The position numbers were made by a program, and so were the translations under genes. Below the pieces are notes generated by a model, which saw only the letters and a list, made by a program, of their open reading frames with translations, had not been told where the DNA came from and searched no databases. From the NCBI GenBank assembly GCA_963693365.1, contig CAVNZM010000008.1, positions 10,379,172-10,443,171 on the forward strand: DNA of 64,000 nucleotides, given 5' to 3'. Of this stretch, positions 1 to 64,000 are shown piece after piece (the stretch's first letter is position 1; each line of letters opens with the position of its first letter). Origin of the DNA: Amoebidium appalachense. Its lineage: Eukaryota > Protista > Ichthyosporea.

Positions 1-545
1 CATCGCTCTCGCTCTCGCTCGCCTCCCCCCTCTCCTTCCTCGCCACCTTTCCCTTAACCTTGCCAAGCAACCCCTCCAACTCATCGAGCATTGAGATCGG
101 TTCGAATCTCTCCTTCTCCACCTTTTTCGGGTCTTCGTTTGGTATCGCAAGGCCCGGAAACAGTTTCTTCTTTTTCTCGATGTCCTGATTCTCCTGTGGC
201 ATGTCTATCTCCTCATCACTGAGCATGATCTTCTTACCGCCCGTGGCCGCTGGCGCCGCCTGCAATATTGCGAATTGGCTAGGTTAGGGCATAATAAAGA
301 GAGCAAAAAAAGAGAACATCTTGCAAAAAAATAAACAGAGATTTGAGGTCGAATGTCAAGAAGGCAGGAATGAAATAGTCCAGAGGTGTCTCTCTTGCAG
401 AAATGTGGTGGGTGCACGGGGTAGGGGAAAACAGTGCCACGTGACAATAGAACTCCTGTGCCAGCACCTGAGTGCACCTATGCGTGCATGGTCCATGCAA
501 GCGTGCACACATGCATCTACGTGCAATACACTTGACCGTATTCGT

Positions 546-600
<55 letters not shown>

Positions 601-1725
601 CGCGCGCGCCCACGCGTGTGTGCGAGTGTGTGTGTGTGTATGTGTGCTCAAAGCATGAGTGGGTGGGTGTGCAACTGTGCGTATGGTATGCAACATGTGT
701 TCCTTCATTTCTTGGGTGTGTGTGTTGCATGGGGTGGGAGTGTGCTGGTGTGGTTGTGCCGGTCCATGTCCCCTTGCTTATGTTCCATTTGTGTGAAAGA
801 CAGTGGCGTGTGTGCGTGTGTGCGTGTGTGCGTGATGCACACGCGCACACGCGCACGCGCGTGTGTGTATGATCACACCCGCGCACATATGCAACTGCAC
901 GTGCGTGTGCATGCTTGCATATGTGCTTGCGTTGTAGGTAGTGTTGCACCGCATGATTGAGTGTGTACGCAAGTTTGTCCCTTGTGTGTGTGTGTGTGTG
1001 TGCTTGGGGCTGTGTGTCCGTGTGTCTGCCTATGAGGTGTGCACAGTTGTGAGCATTTGACGGAGAACGAATGCAGATGTTGAAGAGTAGATGTGCTTGT
1101 TCATGCTGCTAAACTACTGTGCGTTCCGTGAAACTGGGTCCAGACCCTTTCCTAAAAGAGCCGAACAGAGAAGCGTCGAGAAAAAACTACAGAAAGTGTA
1201 CTTAAAGTGCTAGTTAGTGTAGTATATCCAGAAAGAAATGCATCACCTTAGGCTTAAGTCGAGTGATAAGACGGTAGAGGTTGTTACAGAAAGACTCTGT
1301 AAACTCGTCCGCTCCATTCTCCTTCAAAGTTTTGTGAAAGGCCACCGCATCCTCGCTCTTGCCTGCCACGTCCACAATGAACTCAGCTGCAGAAAGAAAC
1401 AGAAGAACGTGTCAGCAAAAGCTGTGTTTTTTAACAAAAACCACCCAACATTCAGTTATATCTACCATCGTATGTTTCTCCAAAGAGAAAGCCCCTCAAC
1501 ACAACTTTCTTTTTCTCGCCATGTCATATTCACTGTAAGTCAGATCCACGGAGGCTGCATGTCCATCCAGCCCAACCAAACGATGCTAAAAAAAAACACG
1601 AAAAATAAAACCATGAGCTCTATACCTAGCGTCTTGTCGCTGAAGCCAATGTGGTTGTCCAGCTCAGTGCAGATCTTGGAGATGAGCGAAAGAAACTCGA
1701 GCTCACTCAGCTCCTTTGCCGCCAT
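1..1725 (-). CDS. DHX8: DEAH-box splicing helicase DHX8/PRP22, 5' part (exons 1725-1626, 1386-1247, 259-<1); the gene runs off the left edge
   Basis: Spliced translation [33 protein letters not shown]|[47 protein letters not shown]|AAPA...[14 protein letters not shown] matches the conserved DHX8/Prp22 N-terminus. GT-AG junctions have compatible phases. The helicase core is outside the window. Confidence 0.88.
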
Positions 1726-2770
1726 TTTGCGGTCAGAGGGCGGCAAGCGCCGCACACACTATTGAAAGACAAACTCAAAAAGTTGTGGTGAATTATAAGA
1801 ACAGAAAACGTAGCTATTCTATATTACGTTTCTTGTTGGGGCTCAGAAACATCTGCAAACACTTCTCGAAACTGAAACGAGAATCGTCTTACTGAAACTC
1901 AGCTGACAACTTCAAAGCTTGCACAGTCAAACGAGTGAGCCTCACGCGAAAACTGTGACGCAAAGGATCGTAACCGGATCTTTCATTTGCGTAAATCGTC
2001 TTCCAATCATATCCTAGCCGGTGAAAATCGCATGATTTGGCAGAACATATACTCCTGAATTTGGTCTTTTCTCGATTGAAATTTCGTGCATCTTATTCAA
2101 TGGAATGCAACTTGCGCAACTCTGCACTTCACGTGCCAGCAGCATCGCTCGCTGTGTGCACTGCGGCCGCTGGACACCCATACAAGAAGCTCGCGGCCAT
2201 TTATGACCTTTCCTTTCCCCGTTCAGTTGTGGTAGACCCGGCAAGATGGTGCGTTGTTTGAGAAATCCCCAAGCATCCAACTAGCATCCATATCCATCCA
2301 CGTCTGTGTAGTGCCGGAAGATAGCCTAAGTTTGTCAGGAAGAGAGTATCGGCAACGACGGGGAGAAAATGGTGCAGGAGGGCTGTCCGGCGGGGGGAGT
2401 TACATAGGGATTTAGACATCAGGCACATCACAATAATTGGAGATGTAATCATCAACATTTTATGATGTTGGAGTTGAGCAAGCAGCGCAAATTTTTTTTA
2501 GGCAGCTATTTTATTTCCATGCCTTACTTTATCAGCTTTGAAACGCCAGACACGTCAAACTACACAGCCTACGGAAGCTATAAGTCTATACCTATTTCGA
2601 GGGGGGGGGGGGGGGGGGGGAGGGAGTCGATTATTTGTTGAACGGCGTATATTATTGAGCTTAACAATGACGGTAGCTTTATTCGGCGGCCTACTGACCG
2701 GTCTGGAATAGGCAACCAACACTCGACGTTTCAGGTGGTCAACGTGAATGAGTGCAGGACCTCGACCAGT
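1726..2770. promoter_or_regulatory. Probable bidirectional promoter region between divergent DHX8 and RPS4
   Basis: Inferred from gene geometry only: two housekeeping genes start about 1 kb apart in head-to-head orientation. No specific element identified. Confidence 0.4.
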
Positions 2771-5186
2771 ATGGTTAGAGTTCATAGGTTAGGCAAGCTG
2801 GGAACGTCTTGGCCAAATGACGTTATCCCGTTGGGGCAGGCGCTGGACTTGAGCCTTGCTGGGTAGTTACACTTGGGTAACGTTGTGCTCCTCACAGACA
2901 CGCGGGCCTAAGAAGCATCTGAAGCGCCTCCATGCGCCGCATCACTGGATGCTGGACAAACTCTCGGGTACCTTCGCACCCAAGCCGTCGTCTGGCCCCC
3001 ACAAGCAGAAGGACTGTCTGCCTCTGATGGTGTTCCTGCGCAACCGCCTGCGCTATGCCCTTACCGGCCAGGAGGTCAAGTACATTGTCAAGCAGCGCCT
3101 GGTGAAGGTCGATCAGCGCGTGCGCACTGATGCCCACTTCCCCGCTGGTCTGATGGGTAAGTAGTGGGACTGTGTTGAGTGGCAGGCAGGTGGGGCGTTG
3201 GGGGGCAGGGCACTTGTATAATTTTTGGGAATGGGTGGTGATTTGGAGTATGTCAGGTGTGCAGTGTGGCTGCCAAGGCTGCATCAACGGGTCTTACAGC
3301 ATTAACATAGTTGGTTGGGCTGGCACACGCTTTGCCTGTTCTTGTGCTCTACTTGTCGGGTATCTGGCAGGCAATCGTAAACACTGCAGCAGCTGAGCTG
3401 TGTGGGGGTTTGCAGATGTGATCAGCATCGAGAAGACCAACGAGCACTTCCGCCTCGTGTACGACGTGAAGGGCCGCTACTCCGTCCACCGCATCACTGC
3501 TGAGGAGGCCAAGTACAAGCTGTGCAAGATCAAGGGCCAGGGCACTGGTGCCCGTGGCATTCCCTACGTGGTCACCCATGATGGCCGCACCCTCCGCTAC
3601 CCCGATCCCCTGATCAAGGTGTGTGTATGTTCTGTTTTTGTTGTTCTTTTCCAAACAGGGTGGGCAGCAGGCAGGGAATCGGAAACTTGGGCGTTCAGCT
3701 GTGGAAGTACAGGTGACCGGGAGGAAATGTGGAGTGCTCATTGTCAGCAAATTTGTTGGAGCAGGTTACAGGCGATATTTCGTTATTACTACGTTTTTTG
3801 TTCGAGTAAGTGGTCAGGGATATGGGGTCGGCAACAGTGCTAGTTCGTTCAGTTGCAGCACAGCGAAATAGGTGTAACAATTTTGCTATTCATTCTCATA
3901 TATCATGCTCCGGTTGACAACACGAGCCTCTGAGGAAAGAATAGTGCACATTTAGGATAACGACGGTGGAGATTATAGGTCTCGGGAGTTGGAATTGTGG
4001 CCTTTGAGCAGGAACTTTGGTGGATCGGGGAATGATGCCCTGAATTTCAGACAACTCAGAAGCACAGTCATTCCACGGCAGAGTTTTTCATTTTCGACCA
4101 TGCCGAGAGGGAATTTGGAGTATTACTTGGCACGGAGGATGTACGAGCAGGCATCGTGGGCTGATCGTGGATATATTGCTGTTTCAATTTGCATGGGTGT
4201 GGTGGCTCTGTGCCTAACTGCAGGCATGGGTATTTGGATTGTATGCTGCTGCCTGTGCCGGTGATACTCTTCTGTTCTGTTGCTTGTGCACACACACACA
4301 TACATGGGTGCTTTTTGTGTCCTGTCTCCATCTGCTGTGCTCTATGACATTTTGTTTTCGGTTGTGGGCTTTTGTGTGTGACATTATCGGCCAAGATAAG
4401 TTTTGCTGCTTGTTTTGATACCATTTTGGGATGATTTCCTTGCCTTGCCGTTTCCGCTGTTCACTGTGTGACGTGCTATCCTCACTTAGTTTGTGGGCCA
4501 TGTGTATCTCAAATGCAATGGGGAAGGAGCATTTGCATGCAGAAAAAGACGGGCATTTTTGATGCAGCGTGCAATTTGATGTTTGGTTGGAGCAGATTTC
4601 TGGTGTGGGATGTTTGCATTACTATGGGAGGTTGGTTGTTGATGAATCACCGTGTTCAATGGTTTGGAGGAAGAGATGGTGATCGTGGTTAGGAAGCATC
4701 AGAGCACATCCTCCGGGTCGAGATAGGGTACTTTGGCATGGTGGGCCATTGGGCCCGGGAAAAGGGGGGGGGGATGAAGGCAGTTTTTGTGTGTATTTGG
4801 GGGAGGGGGGATTCTGCAAGTATTGGGAGTGCGCCGTGTCTTACGTGCGTGGGGCGGGTGTGCAGGTCAACGACACTGTCAAGATCGACCTTGAGAGCGG
4901 CAAGGTGATCGACCACGCCAAGTTCGAGATCGGCAACGTTGCCCTGTGCACGTCCGGCCGCAACTTGGGGCGTGTGGGCGTCATTGTCCACCGCGACCGC
5001 CACCCCGGCGGGTACGACATTGTGCACGTGAAGGACGTGCTCGGGCACGAGTTTGCCACCCGTCTGAACAACGTGTTCGTGCTCGGCAAGGGCAACAAGG
5101 CCTGGGTGTCTCTGCCCAAGGGCAAGGGTGTCAAGCTCACCATTGCTGAGGAGCGCGACCGCCGCCTGGCCGCCAAGGCTCAATAA
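2771..5186 (+). CDS. RPS4: 40S ribosomal protein S4 (eS4); exons 2771-2773 (ATG only, tentative), 2898-3156, 3416-3618, 4866-5186; 261 aa
   Basis: [24 protein letters not shown]...[15 protein letters not shown]...[13 protein letters not shown]|VNDTVKIDL...GRNLGRVG...[23 protein letters not shown] introns. The exons sum to 786 nt, the normal eS4 size. The ATG micro-exon position is inferred. Confidence 0.96.
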
Positions 5187-6661
5187 ACGGCACGCACCAG
5201 CCAGAAATACTGGTTCCGAGCACTACTGTCTGTGGTGTTTGACGTCTCTTTGGTGGTGGTGGGGGGGGGGGGGGGGGGGGGGGTAAATAAGGCCGAAAAG
5301 ACGATGGTATGTGTGTCAAGTGGTTGGTTGCTTTTTCTTTCTAATTGGCCTGTGTTGGTGTAGATTTGCATGAGACAGTACGATGGACGTTTGAAGCCTG
5401 TCTTTGTCTCTGTCTCCAACGTGTGACTGCACTTCATGGTTGACTGCAGCACGTCAAGATTTTTTACTAAGACATCATCGCCTGGTTTTGCTGCAAGCAT
5501 CATCGTGTTCTTCAATCCTGTCCTTGTGTATGCAGGTGGTATTACGGCCGTGTCGGAAATTCTATTTTTAGTAACAACCCACATTTTCGGTAGCATCACT
5601 ACTCCGTGGATCAGAGGGCAATGGGCAGGGGTACACACATGCTACTTCTGGCGTCACTGACATTTTGCACTCTTCCCTGAGGCTATCTGTATCATTAGTG
5701 TGTGAGTTTTGTGTCATATACAGCGCACCGCATTCCCATGGATTACCGTCCTTGCCCTGTTGCAAAACAACTTCACCTATTTAAAATTCGTAACAAAAGC
5801 ACAAACCTCCAATTCGAAAAAAACAAGGCAAGAGATTTTGAGAAGACGAGTACGCAGTTCTTCTTTTTTGGTGCTATTGGTACATTCGAAGCTTCTCCAC
5901 ATACCACAATCCGATATGGTGTATGACAATTTGCATGCACCCACGAATCGACCTGGCTAACTCGTGTACACCATATGCCAGGCACACTACTAGCAACTGT
6001 TACAGGGTGACGGTCATGCAGTGCCGCATGAAAACCGCCCACACAACATATATATCATTCCCCCCTCCCCCCCTCTGTTTGAGGGACTTTCTCCTAAGTG
6101 GGTTGGAAGATGTGTGTGTGACCATTCGGAGGGGGGAAACCGATGCATGTGCACAACTCTTGAGCCTGTACATCCATCCTCCCTCTCGTAAACCCACATC
6201 ACTTCAGGATAAATATTTAGCAATCTCGACTTCTTCTTGACCTGTTGCTTGGAAAATTTGTTATGGCGCTTTAGGTTACTAAATAGTTAATTGCGGACAA
6301 TTTTTTAGAAGCTTCGGCATGTATTGAGCATTCACAGTGATGCCAATTTTGTCTCCAGCCTTTCTCCAAGAACATTGCAATATCATAAGATAGGTAGTAT
6401 TTATTTATGATCTCAGGTTTATAGTTAAAAGTTAAAATTGCTTCATAACCCACAATAGATAGTCGTGATATGATGTAGTTTCCATTGACCTAAAACCATG
6501 ATACGCTTATACAGTTGCGGCCATATACATATCATAATGATGGTTGCCATCTGCTCTGCGCGGGAGCAGAATCATATCTTTTGTTTGTTGTACTATGTAA
6601 GGCTATTCCTAAGCTTAAGATCACTGCAATTATTCCGCCCGCACTCGGCCGGGGCCCCGGG

Positions 6662-6737
<76 letters not shown>

Positions 6738-7152
6738 ACCTACTGACCCTGAGCAGCAGCCAGCACCAACTATGATTTTTAAAATTTTATTATTATTGAT
6801 TTCAAAGCTGGCCACTCCTTGTATCACTTTGTCATCATACTTTCAATTTATTTCTGCGGCCAGTTTGAGACCGTGCACATGGCGCCTTGTTGCAAATCAT
6901 ATGACAGCTAAGGCCGCGCACTGCAGGCTGTCACAACATAGCTTATAGGTGTACGTGTCCGCTATGTCCGTGCTTCAGAATCTAAAACTAAATCTAATAA
7001 AAGGTTCTTTTCGCATGATGTTGGACCCATAATTATTATCCCACAGGCCTAGGATGACTCGAAATATTATTCATGCAATCGGATATGCATCGTACATGCG
7101 CATGCATGCAGCATTCAAACGTTTACATTCATGAACCAACTATTCTGCAGTG

Positions 7153-7214
<62 letters not shown>

Positions 7215-7411
7215 AAAAAAAAAAAGAAAGAAAGAAAGAAAGAAAGAAAAAACCCTGAACTGCAGTTCAAGATTGATTATGGAAAAAAGGAAACCCCTTC
7301 CTATAAATCGTACAAATTTTCCAAAATGATCACCCCGGTACATTCACACATTATATTGGTTTCCATCACATTCACTAGCAATCACCATACACACAATTTC
7401 ACAAACCCATC

Positions 7412-54806
<47,395 letters not shown>

Positions 54807-55582
54807 GTTTTCGAGTGCAACAGACCCACAGTGGCATGTGTGCACCCAAAGCTAGCAGTTGTGTGCGTACTTATCGAATCGTTTCATTGTACATGGTTTA
54901 ATCAGTTGGCGACCAAGTTCTGGTATTCCCCAAGGGCGTCCTCGCCTCTAACTTCGGGACGGGGCACTACGAGGTATACAACTACACATGCAAATTGTGA
55001 AACCACAATGTGTGGGTATGATGTTGTCCCTTTAGTAAAGCTTCAAGGTGAATTGTAGTTGGCCGGGTAGTATTGTGCAAATTGTCGGACCTCCCTCTGT
55101 GGACACACTTGTTCATCAAAGACACTGCCTTTAGTGTTTCTGCCTTAACATGGCATAAATACACAGATGCAAATAACTAAACAGGAACACGGTGCACTTC
55201 GATGTCAACATATAGGCTTGAGTTTAGTGACTCACTATCCGGATTGGAGGGAGGGTCAGTACATGCAGACTACAGTGCAGGTGCACTCAAGCTGGTTGCA
55301 ACTTTTTATACAAGGTGACTGAAGACGTCTGTCGGCTGGGGGCTGCGATCGATGGAATTTGGTCATTCCATATGAGAGGTCATGTGATTGGTTTATCTAA
55401 AGTTTTGCTTACATTCCAATGGCGATAAAAACGATTGCGCTACCAGGGCTTGACGACAGCTCTTAAGTTGGATTCCTCCAGGAAACCCGTAATATCTGCA
55501 TCTCTTTTGCGGCATGGTGGAAGTGGAGAAGAAGATGCATGAAATAAACATATTTGATATGTGCATCGTGTTTTTGTGTGTA

Positions 55583-55659
<77 letters not shown>

Positions 55660-55671
55660 GAGGGCCCCGCA

Positions 55672-55704
<33 letters not shown>

Positions 55705-57936
55705 GGGGGGGGGGGGATGACCGGAAGTTATAGTAATAACCTATGTATAAAATATACAGCATATGTGGAGACGTAATTCCACTCCCCCTAAAGGCCCACC
55801 GGATCCTGGGCCGGAGGCCAACGCCAGGAACTTCACTACCAGGTTGTCGTCATCCATATGGCTATATGTTGAACCTTTGAATATATTGTTCAAGCGCACC
55901 TTCCCTTGAGCAATAACAATTTTAAGTAAAGTTCTATCATTTGGACACCAGTTTCCAGTGTACTATAGGCGTATGTGTTTACCCGAGCGGCCGCTTCTTC
56001 CGAATCCCGCAAGCGCATGGCTGGACCAGCCCCCGCATACCATCGCCCGGTTGCCATTGTGCCTATTGGCTACTTGTCGTGGCCTACTCTTGCCGTCCAG
56101 ATCTTCTATTTGTAACGGAATTCCTACTTGGCTTGTTGTTGATGTTTTTGTTTACCAGCATTGCACATAACAATGCATATAATGCATAGATTTTGAAATT
56201 ATTTTTAAATTTATAGTAATTATTTTTAAATTTATAGTAATTCTGCAGCTGATATAGTCCGATGGTGGCTACTACTCACATTCGGCTCATTCCGCTGTCA
56301 ATTCAGGAATTCTATAGAAACCATTTTGGTGAGATGTTGAAACCGTTGGAGGGTGGGAAGAAGAGAGAGAAGAAGAGAGAGTTGGTTGTGTATGAAACTC
56401 AGAGCACGGAATAAGGATGTGGATAGAACTGAAGGCAACATGCCTGTCGGTTCTTCTTTATAGTTGTGTTTGTGACCGGGAGGATCGTGACTGAGCGGAT
56501 TGTGTACAGGTATCGACATGCACACATGGCATGTGACCTGATGCTGACTGCCGTAGTCTATCTCCGACTATCTCTCTACAGGTATATCTGCATCACATGG
56601 TACGGGGTCAAGCAAGCACGTCCTCGTGCTAAGGTTACAAAGAAAAAAATTCACGTGGCCATAAGTACAATAATATATTTATTATACAGTTCGTAAATAT
56701 ATATAGGCACACTGGCAAGCGCATAGCGGTTGCTTACTCGGTAAAACCTCCAAAAGGCCGGCGCCTTTCAGCGTTACATTTTCCCTGTGCCAACTAGTCT
56801 TTTGCTAGGGAGGGGTCAATGGTATAGGAGCCAGGTTCTAAGAGTGTTGTCTCCAGAGTTGCGCCAGTGACCGTCCTCGTTTCTTTTTGCTGGCGATGGG
56901 ACGATGTTGTAGTTGCTCTTGCCGTGGCGGTTGGGGTGTGGGAACTAGGGAAAGTCAGTGGTTAGAAGTGTTTACTGTGTGTGAACCAACGGTTGTTGAT
57001 ACTGAGTAGGGCCGGCTATCTCTCTACAGGTATATCTGCATCACATTTGGCACATCATGGACACGATGTTTAGAAACTTCAGGTCCTATTTCTCTTTTCT
57101 TTCTAAATTTCTTTTTATTTTTTAAGACCAAAGAGCTATTACACATCTGGCAACGTAAGCATTGCGGCGTGGGAGTGAACCTCAGTACACCTTCTCTCAC
57201 TGCATGCTGGTCGAGACGTCGGCCTCGAATTCGAAGCCCTGTAACATAGCTTTGGCTCAGCACAGTTACCCGCAGCTGTGTGGGAAGGTCTCTTTGTTTT
57301 GTGTATTGTTTAGTACTCTAGTCGGGGCAGGTTCTCAATGCACATGCCGAAGATGTACGTATGCGTCGTGCATATGTCTGCGCAAAAAGCATGTATGGCA
57401 TATGTACATCTACAATAAATCTAGAACCAATTATTCAATGGACAATTGCAATGGTTATTGCTAGTCTTGCTTCAGGATCTGGTACTCCGGGAACTTAAGT
57501 CGTCAATGTGATATAACCAAGGATGTGTCCTTATAGCTACCTATGCAGGGGGGAAATAAAAATCAATGCATACGCTTAGCTGCTGCGTCTGTTACACGAC
57601 TATTTAGCTATGAGTACCTACATCCCTTTTGGGCTTAGAAAAAACTAGGAATAGACAACGTCTCGCATAGGCTAAATAATGGCGGCCATGACCCCTCAAC
57701 TTACAACATCATGAATCATGCCATTTTACAATGTGAGGTCGTGGGGCTGCAAGCTGTTTCCAGAGTTTCACTATGGCAACCCCCCCCAAAAAAAACACAC
57801 ACACCTTCCCCCTTGAATCACTGGCTGGGGATTAAACATAAAAGAGAGAGATCTGAGATATCAGTGCTGTTAGATCCCCCCAGAATACCAATTTCCTCCC
57901 CGGTTCGCGTATCCCACCACTCACTCTGTGTAGTCA

Positions 57937-63211
<5,275 letters not shown>

Positions 63212-63275
63212 CTGGGGGTGTAGGCATTTTTTTAGGTGGAGGTGATGGTGGTAGTGTGTGCGTGTTTATATGTGA

Positions 63276-63385
<110 letters not shown>

Positions 63386-63720
63386 TAAGGGGGGGAGGGG
63401 AAGGGGGGTATGTGTGTGTGTGTGTTGGGGGGAGGGGGGGGAGTAGAGGGGGCTAGCAGGAGGAGAAAGTGAGCACAGGGAGGCATCTTCCTCCTAAGCT
63501 TAACTGCAACAACTTTCTCCCAAAACGGGCCTCAACATACATGGTGTATCAGGTAAATGGCTATACTTGGGGTTAAACAACCGTTTTTTTTATTAAAATG
63601 TTCCTCACAACAAAGCGCATAGACACGCACCCTACCATCATCATCGACGCTTCATGCAATCACCCACCCACCAACCCACCAACCCCCCCCCCCTCCCCCC
63701 CCCCCTTCCCCCTCTCCCCC

Positions 63721-63778
<58 letters not shown>

Positions 63779-64000
63779 CACACACACGCGCGCGCGCACA
63801 CACACAAACACATACACACCCACCCACCCGCACACACCTCCACCCTACCCACACAGCCACACACACACACACACACACACCCAGCCCCTCCTCGTTGTCT
63901 CCCTCCCATCCCCCCCCCCCCCCCCCCCCCCCCCCCCTTTTCCCCCTCTCCCCCAACACACAACCACACTTTCAGATATCACGGGGAGGGCACCATACCC

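Noticed and set aside
321-972. Numerous ORFs of poly-CV, poly-HT, poly-P or poly-G here and throughout the window
   Set aside because: They are translations of intronic (GT/CA)n and poly-G/C tracts.
56196-56242. 21-bp tandem duplication AATTATTTTTAAATTTATAGT
   Set aside because: A simple two-copy slippage duplication in AT-rich DNA with no further structure.
63970-64000. [10 protein letters not shown] as an upstream transferrin exon
   Set aside because: It resembles the LxPVxxE motif but is truncated by the window edge, and the intervening exons could not be found, so it was left out of the model.

Overview
Eukaryotic, intron-rich DNA whose introns are full of (CA/GT)n and poly-G/C tracts. 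The lineage cannot be fixed from the sequence; the gene content would fit a unicellular holozoan-like protist. From left to right: (1) the 5' end of a DHX8/PRP22 helicase gene (-), head-to-head with a complete RPS4 gene (+). (2) A giant multi-exon gene on the minus strand (ATG 54806, stop 7412) for a predicted secreted protein of about 3200 aa. Its order is signal peptide, triple H-type-lectin-like block, Thr/Ser mucin stalk, about 19 SdrD-B/Cna-B-like modules mostly on alternating phase-1 'A' and 'B' exons, 10 EGF modules, and a Cys-rich tail. (3) In its introns sit a very young full-length Ty1/copia element with a half-tRNAiMet primer site, a 1240-bp LTR mini-element lacking gag/pol that shares the copia PBS, PPT and LTR tips, and a TA-flanked MITE. 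(4) The 3' part of a membrane-anchored transferrin-like gene (-). A ~12-13 kb block including the copia appears twice (15.4-27.3 kb and 30.1-40.5 kb), with an error pattern pointing to a false assembly duplication. Scattered 1-bp homopolymer indels suggest long-read consensus errors. All exon coordinates and domain calls were read by eye, with no database searches.
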